From IMG/VR virus record IMGVR_UViG_3300028592_000013, positions 1-58,170 of that record: a DNA stretch of 58,170 nt; one strand, written 5' to 3'. The DNA comes from a virus (taxonomy: Duplodnaviria > Caudoviricetes). A program made the translations under genes and the position numbers. The number at the start of each line of letters is the position of its first letter. The first letter of the stretch is position 1. Below, in pieces: positions 35,973 through 44,754 of the stretch. The notes below the pieces were generated by a model. The model was given only the letters and a program-made list of their open reading frames with translations, did no database searches and had not been told where the DNA came from.

Positions 35973-37151
35973 GTGTTCAGTAGGCGACGAGCGTCTGGCC
36001 TCTGGGTTCCGCGATCGGCTGTCACTCCCGGCGAGTTCGAGTCGATGGATCGCGACATCGCGCGCGCGATCGATGGACATGGGGGCGGAGCGTATGCGCC
36101 GAGTTCGGTGATTGAGATTGGCGGCGAAGGTCTCGAGGTTTCGAGCACACTCGACGTCACCGGTACGCTCGAGAACTCGCGACTGGACGCGCTCTCGATC
36201 CACAACTGGAACAGCGTCTTCACGGTCACTGACTGCGAGCGAGCGCTGCTCTGGGTTCCTGCCGGCTCTCAGTGGGGCGGATCGCCCGTCTGGCACACCT
36301 ACGGCACCGACAGCGGAAACCCCGTGGGCATGGTCCTGATCGACGGCATCGGATCGCATGACTCCATGGATCTGGGAGCGGGCGACGGCCTCACCCCGAC
36401 GTGCGCCGCCTCGAATGAAGACGGCAGCGTAATTCTAGTTGGCGGCACACCCGGCTCCGGGAGCACCAAGAAGATCCGACGCTCGACCGACAGAGGAGAG
36501 ACCTGGACGATCGAGGACACCGTGGCTTCGGGGACGACCGAAGTGTCAAGCCTCGCCTACGTGCCGCTCCTGTCGCTTTGGGTGGCGGGCCTTTCGAATG
36601 GCAACATCGAGACGTCCCCAGACGGTGAGACGTGGACCAATCAGACCGTTCCCAACTCAGACCGCAGGCACTCGCTCGCTGTCAGCGACGACGAGATTCT
36701 GGCATTCACCAACGCCTCAACCGACAAGGCGCTGAGGTCGACGAACGGCACCGCATGGTCGGAGGTGACGATGCCAGCCTCTGGAACTTGGGCGCATGGT
36801 GCGTGGAATGCTGCTCGCGGCAAGTTCATGGCCTGCGACACCACCGCCGACACCTTTGCTACCAGTGCCACCGGCGCAACCTGGACGCCCGCCGCTGGCA
36901 CCCTAACCGCAGCGACGATCGTTCGCGGAATCGCTGCGTTCAACAAGGCGTGGCTCATCATCACCGGCAGCGGCGGTTCGGGTGGGCAGGCCGGCCTTCT
37001 CTACAGTGCCGACGATGGCGCCTCGTGGCGCGTTGCACACAACCACGTTGCGGATGGTGTGCGCGAAGGCGCTCTGGGCGTCGGCAACCGGCAGATCATG
37101 TTCAAGGACCAGAGCGCCGGGCACTACGTCAGCTTCCGAAGCGCCTTGTAG
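35973..37151 (+). CDS. tail fibre protein with BNR/Asp-box beta-propeller
   Basis: Repeated STDRGETW, SPDGETW, STNGTAW, SATGATW, SADDGASW motifs. Confidence 0.75.
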   Translation: MFSRRRASGLWVPRSAVTPGEFESMDRDIARAIDGHGGGAYAPSSVIEIGGEGLEVSSTLDVTGTLENSRLDALSIHNWNSVFTVTDCERALLWVPAGSQWGGSPVWHTYGTDSGNPVGMVLIDGIGSHDSMDLGAGDGLTPTCAASNEDGSVILVGGTPGSGSTKKIRRSTDRGETWTIEDTVASGTTEVSSLAYVPLLSLWVAGLSNGNIETSPDGETWTNQTVPNSDRRHSLAVSDDEILAFTNASTDKALRSTNGTAWSEVTMPASGTWAHGAWNAARGKFMACDTTADTFATSATGATWTPAAGTLTAATIVRGIAAFNKAWLIITGSGGSGGQAGLLYSADDGASWRVAHNHVADGVREGALGVGNRQIMFKDQSAGHYVSFRSAL

Positions 37152-37822
37152 TCACTTGGCACAGCCGCAGACGCCTCCGTGACCATCGCAGCACCCCTTG
37201 ATGCTGCCGGCGCAGGCGCACTTCTCAGAGGTCGTTTGATCGCAGCAGAGCAGCGCGTCGAGCGACGGCTCGTGGCGCGCGTCGAGCACCCCTTGCAGGA
37301 TCTTCTCGTGCCCGGCCGCGAACTCGGCTCGGTCCGCTTCTGCCAGTGCGTCGTGCATTTCGAGCAACCGTTCTCGGCAGCCAATCGGGGCATACTCGCT
37401 GTAGCAGGCCGCGACATGCTTCATACGCTCGCTATGCCCAATCAGACGGTACCGCCGCTGGCGCTCCTCAAGCTGTAGCCGCTTCTTGTCCTGGCGGTCG
37501 TTCTCTTCCGCCTCGTAGCGCGCAGCTGTTTCTGCTCGCTCCAGCTCCTGCTGCGTAGCCCGCCACTTCTCTGAGGCTGCTCGTTGCCTCTCTGCCTCTA
37601 CGGCAGCATCGCGCACGGCGGCACGGTCAAGCTCAAGCTGCCGATCACGTCTTGCTCGTGCTGGCGGCAGTTGCCGCGGCACTGGGCTAGCCGCTGCCTG
37701 GCGTCTGACTCTAGCCGCTCGCACTCGGCGACGCCGCTGCAGCCAGCAGCGAGCCTGTCACGGAACCCGTCATTCCCAGCACAGGCGAACGCGAACGTGC
37801 AGAGAAGTTGTGCCGCGCGCAT
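37152..37822 (-). pseudogene. Cys-rich lipoprotein gene split by a frameshift near 37650
   Basis: 5' part MRAAQLLCTFAFAC (lipobox-like) joins a coiled-coil ending GCCDGHGGVCGC in the adjacent frame. Confidence 0.6.
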
Positions 37823-37825
37823 CAG

Positions 37826-38128
37826 TCAGTCCCTCACCAGCACGAACGCCCAGAGCCACAGCGCGCCCCAGAGTACCGTCATGAGCAGCATCGCCTGAGC
37901 GGCGCCGCTCGCAACCGCGCTCTTGATCACAGCCCGCGCTTCGTCGGGCGGTAAGTCGGCGAAGCGTGGCGGAGGTCGCCCAAACGGCGTCTCCGCGATC
38001 GGCATCCACACCGTTCCGTCGTCGCGACGAACGGCCGTGATCCAGCCGCCCCGCGCAGCGGCCCACACGTCCTTCTCCGACAGCGGCCCCGACTGCGAGC
38101 CGTCCGCGTTCCTCACGTGCCAGCGCAT
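37826..38128 (-). CDS. GYF_2 (DUF4339)-like domain protein with C-terminal TM helix
   Basis: WHVRNADGSQSGPLS...G.I..VRRDDGTVWMPIAE followed by LLMTVLWGALWLWAFVLV. Confidence 0.75.
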   Translation of the reverse strand: MRWHVRNADGSQSGPLSEKDVWAAARGGWITAVRRDDGTVWMPIAETPFGRPPPRFADLPPDEARAVIKSAVASGAAQAMLLMTVLWGALWLWAFVLVRD

Positions 38129-38191
38129 CCGACGAATCCAGCCACGCCTGCGCCTCGTTCGCAACCACACCCCTGAAAACAGCGCAATTCC

Positions 38192-40255
38192 ATGGCAGTT
38201 CCTGAGAACATTCGACTCGCCGCCAAAATCGACGGCGGCGCCAAGCAGACGGGCGTGCTCACCGTCGACTACGAGGATGTGGTCGTTCTCTGTCTTGAGA
38301 ACGCCTCGGGAGTGACCCGGGCGACATACCGAATTTGGGACTACCCGGAAGACTTCCCGCTGCCGTCTGGGTGGACCGCTGATGAAAGCGGTCTCGGCTA
38401 CTACGTCAACGTCAAGAACGGCGCCGATGCGCCGCCGATCACCCTGCCGGCCTCTGCCGCGGACTGGGGCGACTTCGGCTGCAGCGTTGAGGTCAACGGT
38501 CGAAAGCGCAGAGGCGTCCTCGCAGAGGACTTGTTTAACGACAGACTGATCCTTGTACTCCCAAGCTCGACCGGTGTAGCCGACTTGTTGCACGGCGAGT
38601 CCAACCAGCGCGGCGACCCGCGGCAGTGGACTGCGGCGCTTAAGCGCAACGCCCGTCAGTTGGACGCGGCGATCGCGACTGGCCTCGGCGCGGGCGGAGA
38701 CGAAGAGCACCAGATCATCCGAAATACGGTCGGTAACGTGCCGCAGTGGGGCGCCCTCGACGCCTCCAAGCCCGCCGCCGTCACCAACCTCCCCTACATC
38801 GACGCCCGGCACTACGGCACCCTCACCCCCAACAGCTCCGGCGCGGCGGCAGCAAACACCGCAACGATCAATGCTGCGATCGTTGCGGCAAACGCGGCCG
38901 GTGGCGGCGTCGTGCTCATCCCGCCGGGTGTCTACTACATCACAGGGCTCACGATGCTCAGCAACGTGACCCTTCAGGGGGCGGGTCGCGGCTGCACCAC
39001 TCTCTATCTCGCCGACGGATCGAACGCTCAGGTTATCAGCATGGAGGCCGTCACGGACGCCTTCATCTGCGACCTGGCGATCGACGGCAACCGCGCCGGC
39101 CAGTCCGCCATCGTCCATGGCATTCGCGGTGAGGACCTGACGGACGTTACGATCGAGCGCCTCATCATCCAGAATACCGCCTGGTACGGAATCGGCGTGC
39201 AGGATGGTGCCAACGTCAAGGTGTCGATCGACAACGTGCGGATCTACAACACGGGCGGCGACGGCATCGATTTCAAAAACAAGGCCGACGCCAACGAAGA
39301 CATCTGCCTAAGCAGCGTCTACGTCGACACCGTTGGGCAGAACCTCTCCGGCGACCCGGAGCAATCCGGGATCGACATCAGAGGCCCAGCACGACTCTTC
39401 AACATCGTCATTCGCAACATCACTGGCGATCAGTCCGGCGTGCGCTTCCGCGTGGGCGAGGCGGAGGAGGAGAACGGCATCGGTGGACATCGATCCTGCC
39501 TGGTGGGCTTCGACATTCGCGCGGCCTCCGGGCACACGTCGAACGGCGGCGTGATGGTTCAGGCGCGCGACGTCTACGTTGCGGGCGGTTACATCGCGGG
39601 TTGTTGGGTCGGCCTGTTCGCGGGGGCCGCGCGGTGCACGGTATCGGGCGTCACAGCGGAGAGTTGCGAGAGCCACGGGGTCACGTTCGGCTCGTCCGCT
39701 GACGGTTGTGTGGCGCTCGGATGCAGCGCGCTGTCGAATGGCGCGAGCGGCTTCCGCCTTCAGGGCACGAATCAGAAGACGCTGGGCTGTCGCAGCCTCA
39801 ACAACACGGCGCACGGCTGGAAGCTCGAAGCGACCTCTGTAATGCCTGAGGTCAGCAACTGCGTGGCAGACGGCAACGGCTCCGGCGCGATCGACAACGC
39901 GACCACCACTGCGTTCGGCCTGAATAACATCGGCTTCACCTTGCGCGAATATGCGACGTCCGCGAACCGCACGATCTCGGGCGGGGTGATCGCGTGGACC
40001 AGCGGGCGCACGCTTCGCGTCGATACGGAGGGCGGCGCGTCGTCCGACGAGCTCGACACGATCACAGGGACGATTGCAGGTCAGCTCGTGATTCTTCGCG
40101 CGGCCAACTCAGACCGCACGATCGTCTGCAAGGATGGTACCGGCAACCTACGCCTGTCCGGCGACTTCAGCCTGGATAATACAGAGGACACGCTTACCCT
40201 ACTGAGTGACGGCACGAACCTGCACCAACTCACTCCGAGCAATAACGCGACCTAG
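38192..40255 (+). CDS. tailspike/depolymerase with right-handed beta-helix
   Basis: IDARHYG...NTATINAAI..AGGGVVLIPPGVY...SNVTLQGAG pectate-lyase-3 type start; repeated GI/NV-type rungs; C-terminal VDTEGGASSDELDTI domain. Confidence 0.85.
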   Translation: MAVPENIRLAAKIDGGAKQTGVLTVDYEDVVVLCLENASGVTRATYRIWDYPEDFPLPSGWTADESGLGYYVNVKNGADAPPITLPASAADWGDFGCSVEVNGRKRRGVLAEDLFNDRLILVLPSSTGVADLLHGESNQRGDPRQWTAALKRNARQLDAAIATGLGAGGDEEHQIIRNTVGNVPQWGALDASKPAAVTNLPYIDARHYGTLTPNSSGAAAANTATINAAIVAANAAGGGVVLIPPGVYYITGLTMLSNVTLQGAGRGCTTLYLADGSNAQVISMEAVTDAFICDLAIDGNRAGQSAIVHGIRGEDLTDVTIERLIIQNTAWYGIGVQDGANVKVSIDNVRIYNTGGDGIDFKNKADANEDICLSSVYVDTVGQNLSGDPEQSGIDIRGPARLFNIVIRNITGDQSGVRFRVGEAEEENGIGGHRSCLVGFDIRAASGHTSNGGVMVQARDVYVAGGYIAGCWVGLFAGAARCTVSGVTAESCESHGVTFGSSADGCVALGCSALSNGASGFRLQGTNQKTLGCRSLNNTAHGWKLEATSVMPEVSNCVADGNGSGAIDNATTTAFGLNNIGFTLREYATSANRTISGGVIAWTSGRTLRVDTEGGASSDELDTITGTIAGQLVILRAANSDRTIVCKDGTGNLRLSGDFSLDNTEDTLTLLSDGTNLHQLTPSNNAT

Positions 40256-41049
40256 TGATACGTGCGCTCGGTGTCGATGACGTAGTCTGCTGGTCTGGCC
40301 GTATCGATTGCCCCGCTCGAGAGTTCGACCGAGAGTTCGATCTTGCCCCGGCAAACCCGCTCCACGCATTCAACGAGCGCCTCACCGATCTCGCGATCGA
40401 ACTCCTTCGTGTAGTGGCTCGCGTCCAGCATCGCGGTCCGGACGCCGGCCCCCAAAACCAGCGGCGTCGGGTCCCACAGCGTGGCGCTTGGCGTAGCGTC
40501 GCACACCTCGGCGATCACCTCACGCAGCATCCTGCGCTCAGGGAACGGTGTTCCGTCATCGCGCGGAATAGTCAGGTGAGGAACGAAGACCACCGGCTTG
40601 CCGAGCGCCTCGGCGATCGCCACTAGGTCGCGCTTGACCTCGTCCCGGCTCTGGTTGCTGGCAACGGCCGTCTTCGCGAGTTCGGCCGAAGCGTCGTCAA
40701 GCTTGCCCTCGAGAGCGAGCTTGACGCACCACTGCTGCAGGTGCCAGCCGCGCAACTGGAGGCGCTTGACCGACGAAATCTCGATAACGAAGACGTCGGT
40801 GCCGCTGTAGAAGCCGGGGCGGATGGCGCCGGCGTTGTGCGTTTGCCCCGGGGCGCGGATGACGAGCGGCATGAGGTCAGCCGGCAGCGCCGCCGCTCCG
40901 GTCATGACCTGCAGTTTCTGCAGTGTCTCCGGCGTCGTGTACGTGTACCAATCGGCGCCGACGTGACCGATGGCGACCCGCTTGCGGCGGGCCATGACGG
41001 CGAGAGGGGCGAATACCCGACAGCTACCGATCGCTGAGACTCTTAGCAA
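40252..41049 (-). CDS. SGNH/GSCFA-like hydrolase-fold protein, paralog A
   Basis: AIGSCRV, FVIEISSVK, PVVFVPH, DASHY. Confidence 0.6.
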   Translation of the reverse strand: MLRVSAIGSCRVFAPLAVMARRKRVAIGHVGADWYTYTTPETLQKLQVMTGAAALPADLMPLVIRAPGQTHNAGAIRPGFYSGTDVFVIEISSVKRLQLRGWHLQQWCVKLALEGKLDDASAELAKTAVASNQSRDEVKRDLVAIAEALGKPVVFVPHLTIPRDDGTPFPERRMLREVIAEVCDATPSATLWDPTPLVLGAGVRTAMLDASHYTKEFDREIGEALVECVERVCRGKIELSVELSSGAIDTARPADYVIDTERTYH

Positions 41050-41110
41050 CGCGCCCTCCCTGGCATCTGGTCGTGAAGCGTACCCAGAGAGCCGCTGCTG
41101 GGCAAGCCGC

Positions 41111-41812
41111 CTAGCCGAACCGAGCCGAAATCTCAGCCACGAGGCGACTGCCGACCTCGATTTCGAAGGACGGCCGGTAGTGGCCAGAGTCGACCATCGC
41201 CAGATCGTAGCCAGCGCCTAGCACCCACGGCGTGGGATCGATTGTTGTCACGCTGCTGGATAGGAGCACGTCCCTGATCAGGGTTCGTTCGGGAAACGGC
41301 GAGCCGTCGTCACGTGGGATCGTGAGATGCGGGACGAAGGCGACCGGCGTTGGATGAAGCGCAGCAACGATTGCTTGAATGTCTGCCCTCAGCTCCTGCG
41401 CGCTCTGTACGTGCTGCCGCGCTCCGTCGACAATGGCGTGCGTGGCTTCCGAGACTTGCCGAGAGCCAGACAAGATGTCGCGAACACACCACTGCTGAAG
41501 GTGCCACCCGTTCGCGCGCAGGTTCTTGATGCTCGACACCTCGACCACGAACACGTCGGTCCCGGCGTAGAAGTCGGGCCGGATAGCAGAGCGGTCGAAC
41601 TTCAGCGGGTTGTGCACCAGGAGCGGCTCGATCGTTTCGGGGAGGTCCATCCTGCCGTTCATGATCTCGATCTTCTGCAGCACTTCGCGCGTCGAATGGA
41701 CGAACCACTCGGCTCCGCCGCGATGGCCGACCGTGATCCGCCCCTTCATTCGGTTTAGTGGCTCGACCACCCGGCAAGTTCCGATCGCTGAGACCCGCAA
41801 CATCCCGGCCAT
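41111..41812 (-). CDS. SGNH/GSCFA-like hydrolase-fold protein, paralog B
   Basis: AIGTCRV, FVVEVSSIK, PVAFVPH, DSGHY; clearly paralogous to the neighbouring gene. Confidence 0.6.
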   Translation of the reverse strand: MAGMLRVSAIGTCRVVEPLNRMKGRITVGHRGGAEWFVHSTREVLQKIEIMNGRMDLPETIEPLLVHNPLKFDRSAIRPDFYAGTDVFVVEVSSIKNLRANGWHLQQWCVRDILSGSRQVSEATHAIVDGARQHVQSAQELRADIQAIVAALHPTPVAFVPHLTIPRDDGSPFPERTLIRDVLLSSSVTTIDPTPWVLGAGYDLAMVDSGHYRPSFEIEVGSRLVAEISARFG

Positions 41813-41822
41813 TCTCCGAGGC

Positions 41823-41862
41823 TTTGGCCAAATTGCAAGCGGCTCCGCGCGTGCTGTATGCT
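41823..41862 (+). promoter_or_regulatory. putative sigma-70 promoter with upstream palindrome
   Basis: TTGCAA (41833-41838), 18 nt, TATGCT (41857-41862); TTTGGCCAAA palindrome at 41823-41832; lies in the divergent gap. Confidence 0.45.
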
Positions 41863-41874
41863 CGGCTCGACGCC

Positions 41875-42162
41875 ATGAAAGCTCGGCATTTGCGCCTCGT
41901 CACGCCAGTTCGTGAGGCCGTGGCGCCGCCAAGCGTGCGTCAGCTCGCGCATATGCTACGCGGCGCGAACAGCGTCGACCTGGGCCGCGGTTGGCGCGCC
42001 GGCCTAGCCCTGCGGGCAGTAGCTGGCCGATCCCGATGGTCACTGGTGTCTGAGGGTGAGCCCGGCGCCCGCGGCAGCGAGCTCATTCCCGGCAACAGCA
42101 AGCGATTCGACGCGGTGGCCGCAGCGAGACGTCTGCTGGCCGCCGTGCGCGACGCAGGCTGA
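41875..42162 (+). CDS. hypothetical protein
   Basis: ATG 12 nt after the putative -10 box; Arg/Ala-rich. Confidence 0.5.
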   Translation: MKARHLRLVTPVREAVAPPSVRQLAHMLRGANSVDLGRGWRAGLALRAVAGRSRWSLVSEGEPGARGSELIPGNSKRFDAVAAARRLLAAVRDAG

Positions 42163-42260
42163 GGGCTGCAAGCCCAGCCGGCCAAGCGCTGACCGCGCCT
42201 CCCGCCCACGCGGCAGCCTGCCGTGCTCGGCCGAGCTCCACCGAATCGAGGAGACATCAC

Positions 42261-42851
42261 ATGCTGTTCATCGAAAGCGCCCGAGCGTTCCTCGCGGCGA
42301 TCAACCCCGCCCTGCCCGCCATCGCGCTCGTGCTCGTCCTCTGGGCACCTCAGGCCGCAATCCGCCGTTGGCTGCCGGCGCTCTGGGAGCTACCCGCGAG
42401 CTGGGGCCCGAAAGGCCATGAGGCCCGGCGCCTCTGGCAAGCCCTGCCGTCGCTTGTCGGCGGTGCAGCGCTCGGCGCCCTGTCGGCTGGCGGTGACCCA
42501 TGGGAGGCCGGCACGGGCGCGCTCATCGGCGCCGTGACGCCGTTCTGGCACCACCTGCTCGCCGCTATCCCGTTCGTGCCCTACACCGGCGAGCTCGGGA
42601 GCAAGCGCGACAAGGACGACGACGACAAGACGCCGCCGACTGGGACGAAGGCCATCGGCCTGGTCTGCTTCGCGTCGCTGGCGCTCGTCGGCTGCGGTCT
42701 GCTCGGCGCTGAGCATGCCGAGGCCCCTCCCTGCGACGAGGTCTCATACGCGCAGCTATCAGTGAGCTGCGGCAACGATGAGACCGAGTGTGACCGTCAG
42801 CTGAGCGAGCGCGAGACCTTCTGCGCCGAGCGTATCGAGGAGAGCAAATGA
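42261..42851 (+). CDS. putative holin with C-terminal lipoprotein-like domain
   Basis: RBS GAGGAG; about three hydrophobic segments, charged linker, then IGLVCFASLALVGC lipobox-like motif and Cys-rich tail; upstream of endolysin. Confidence 0.55.
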   Translation: MLFIESARAFLAAINPALPAIALVLVLWAPQAAIRRWLPALWELPASWGPKGHEARRLWQALPSLVGGAALGALSAGGDPWEAGTGALIGAVTPFWHHLLAAIPFVPYTGELGSKRDKDDDDKTPPTGTKAIGLVCFASLALVGCGLLGAEHAEAPPCDEVSYAQLSVSCGNDETECDRQLSERETFCAERIEESK

Positions 42852-43066
42852 GCATCCCCGCAGCAGCCGCTCAGGCGGCGAAGTACGTGGCCGAGGGCGC
42901 AGAGCTCCTCTCGCGGGTGCCGACCTCGACGCTCGGCAGCGTGATCGCTGCGCTCAAGGCTATCGTGAACGGCGAGCCCACGAAGGCCGAACGACTCGCG
43001 AAGAACGCTGCGCTGGCACTCGCTGCACGCGCTGCAGCCAAGGCGCGGATCAAGGCCGGCAAGTGA
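42848..43066 (+). CDS. Ala-rich amphipathic protein (lysis region)
   Basis: Coupled; RBS GAGGAG. Confidence 0.6.
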   Translation: MSIPAAAAQAAKYVAEGAELLSRVPTSTLGSVIAALKAIVNGEPTKAERLAKNAALALAARAAAKARIKAGK

Positions 43067-43193
43067 AGTCTCGGCGCCGACTCAGGCAGGCCATGAACAT
43101 CGGCATCCGCCTCGGTGCCTGCGCAACATGGGCTGTTGTCAGCGCGCTTCAGCTCGTTCGTGAGGCGCAGCGTCGGATCCAGGGAAAGCCGCC

Positions 43194-43385
43194 ATGGCCA
43201 AACTGCTGAACACGCATCGCCCGGCGAGGCCCAAGCGTGGCCGCTTCTGTTCGCTCTGCGCCGATCAGAGCTGGCGACGCGAACAGCCGCGTTGCTTAGG
43301 CTGCGGCGAGACGTATGCGCCGGAGCGTGTGGCGAGCCGGACGCCGACGTTTCGGAGCAATGCGGGATTGTTGTTGGAGGAGTGA
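43194..43385 (+). CDS. small Zn-ribbon protein
   Basis: CSLC...CLGC; TGATG-coupled to endolysin. Confidence 0.55.
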   Translation: MAKLLNTHRPARPKRGRFCSLCADQSWRREQPRCLGCGETYAPERVASRTPTFRSNAGLLLEE

Positions 43386-44191
43386 TGCACGCATCCGTGA
43401 TTGAGAAGTGGCACCAGTTCAGTACCCCGTTGGAGGGCCGCGTTGGGCACCTCTACGCCGATGTGAAGCAGCTCCTGACCGCTGGCGTCGGGAACCTTGC
43501 GGACCCGGTTTCGCTCGCGCTTCAGATGCCGTGGAAGCTCCCGGACGGATCGCTCGCCAGCAAGGACGAGGTGGTCCGGCAGTGGAACGCTGTGAAGTCA
43601 CAGGCCGCCTACCTGTCGAAGCGCCACTACAAGTTCGCGGCGCCGCTGAGTACCATCCGACTCACCGACGAGGACATCGACGCCTTCGTTGCCAAGCGCC
43701 TGGCGCAGACAGAGCGCGCGCTCAAGAAAGCGTACCCGAACTGGGACGACTTCCCGGCGGACGCGCAGCTTGGTTGCCTCTCGATGGCCTGGGCAGTCGG
43801 CGATGGGTTCCCTGCGATCTTCAAGAACTTCACTCGGTTCGCCAACAAGCAGGACTGGGTGAGCGCCAAGGCATGCGCGAAGATCAAGGCGGACAATAAC
43901 CCCGGCGTAGTCCCGAGGAATCGCAACAACGAGCTGTGCTTCGACAACGCCGCGACCGTGTTTGAGAACGCCATGGACAGGTCGGTGTTGCACTGGCCGA
44001 CCGTGGCGACCAGGCCAAAGGCTGATGCGGCCCCTCTGCAGCGCCCGGCGATCACAGACGCAGATCGCGCCCGCGTGCTCGCCATGAGTGAGGCCTACGC
44101 GCGCGCTACCGCAGAACTCATTCGAGCCGACGCCCTACGCGAGCTCACGGGTCACGGGATCGACCCCGCCGACGGTGGAGGCGAGACCTGA
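43385..44191 (+). CDS. endolysin, T4-lysozyme (GH24)-like
   Basis: EGRVGHLYADVKQLLTAGVGNL has the E-x8-D-x5-T catalytic spacing of T4 lysozyme; WDDFPADAQLGCLSMAW; RBS GGAGGAG. Confidence 0.85.
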   Translation: MHASVIEKWHQFSTPLEGRVGHLYADVKQLLTAGVGNLADPVSLALQMPWKLPDGSLASKDEVVRQWNAVKSQAAYLSKRHYKFAAPLSTIRLTDEDIDAFVAKRLAQTERALKKAYPNWDDFPADAQLGCLSMAWAVGDGFPAIFKNFTRFANKQDWVSAKACAKIKADNNPGVVPRNRNNELCFDNAATVFENAMDRSVLHWPTVATRPKADAAPLQRPAITDADRARVLAMSEAYARATAELIRADALRELTGHGIDPADGGGET

Positions 44192-44685
44192 TGTCTCCGC
44201 GACTCGTGCCGGACCACGAGGACGACGGCCCGCTAAAGCAGACGCCTCCGCTGAAGCCCGCGCCAACGACGGAGCTCCGCGACACGGACCCAGTGCCGCC
44301 GCCCGAGGACGAAGCGCTCAAGGCGATCCGGGCCGTTCACGCCCTGGTGGCCAACCTCGCGCTACAGGTCGACAGCATCGAGCACAAGGTCGACCACGCC
44401 GTTGACGTCGGTCGAGCCGCGCAATCGGCCGCGATCATGGCCTCGGACTCGGCGAAGCTCTTGCGCAAGGAATCCCTCGCCGCGCTGGCAGCTCTCGACG
44501 CCAAGGTCGAGCACATCGCCATGCGTCAGACGGGCGTCATCAACACGCTCGCCGAGATGGTCGCCGACCAGCGCCACGTGCTGCACGATCACCAGCAGCG
44601 GCTCGATCGCGCCGAAGGTCACAACGGCAACGGCAACGGGCACGGCTACGACGGCGATACGGTTGTCACGTCGGCGGAAGAGTAG
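44191..44685 (+). CDS. hypothetical coiled-coil protein
   Basis: Coupled to endolysin; Pro-rich N-terminus then heptads. Confidence 0.65.
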   Translation: MSPRLVPDHEDDGPLKQTPPLKPAPTTELRDTDPVPPPEDEALKAIRAVHALVANLALQVDSIEHKVDHAVDVGRAAQSAAIMASDSAKLLRKESLAALAALDAKVEHIAMRQTGVINTLAEMVADQRHVLHDHQQRLDRAEGHNGNGNGHGYDGDTVVTSAEE

Positions 44686-44754
44686 CGGACGGCCTGTTGC
44701 GCGTGCTGCGCAACGGTGGCCGGGCAGACAACAGAGGGGCGCGAGAGGAACCGT

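Noticed and set aside
34292-41812. Diversity-generating retroelement or invertible tail-fibre cassette
   Set aside because: No reverse transcriptase, no TR/VR pair with A-specific mismatches, no invertase or flanking inverted repeats seen.
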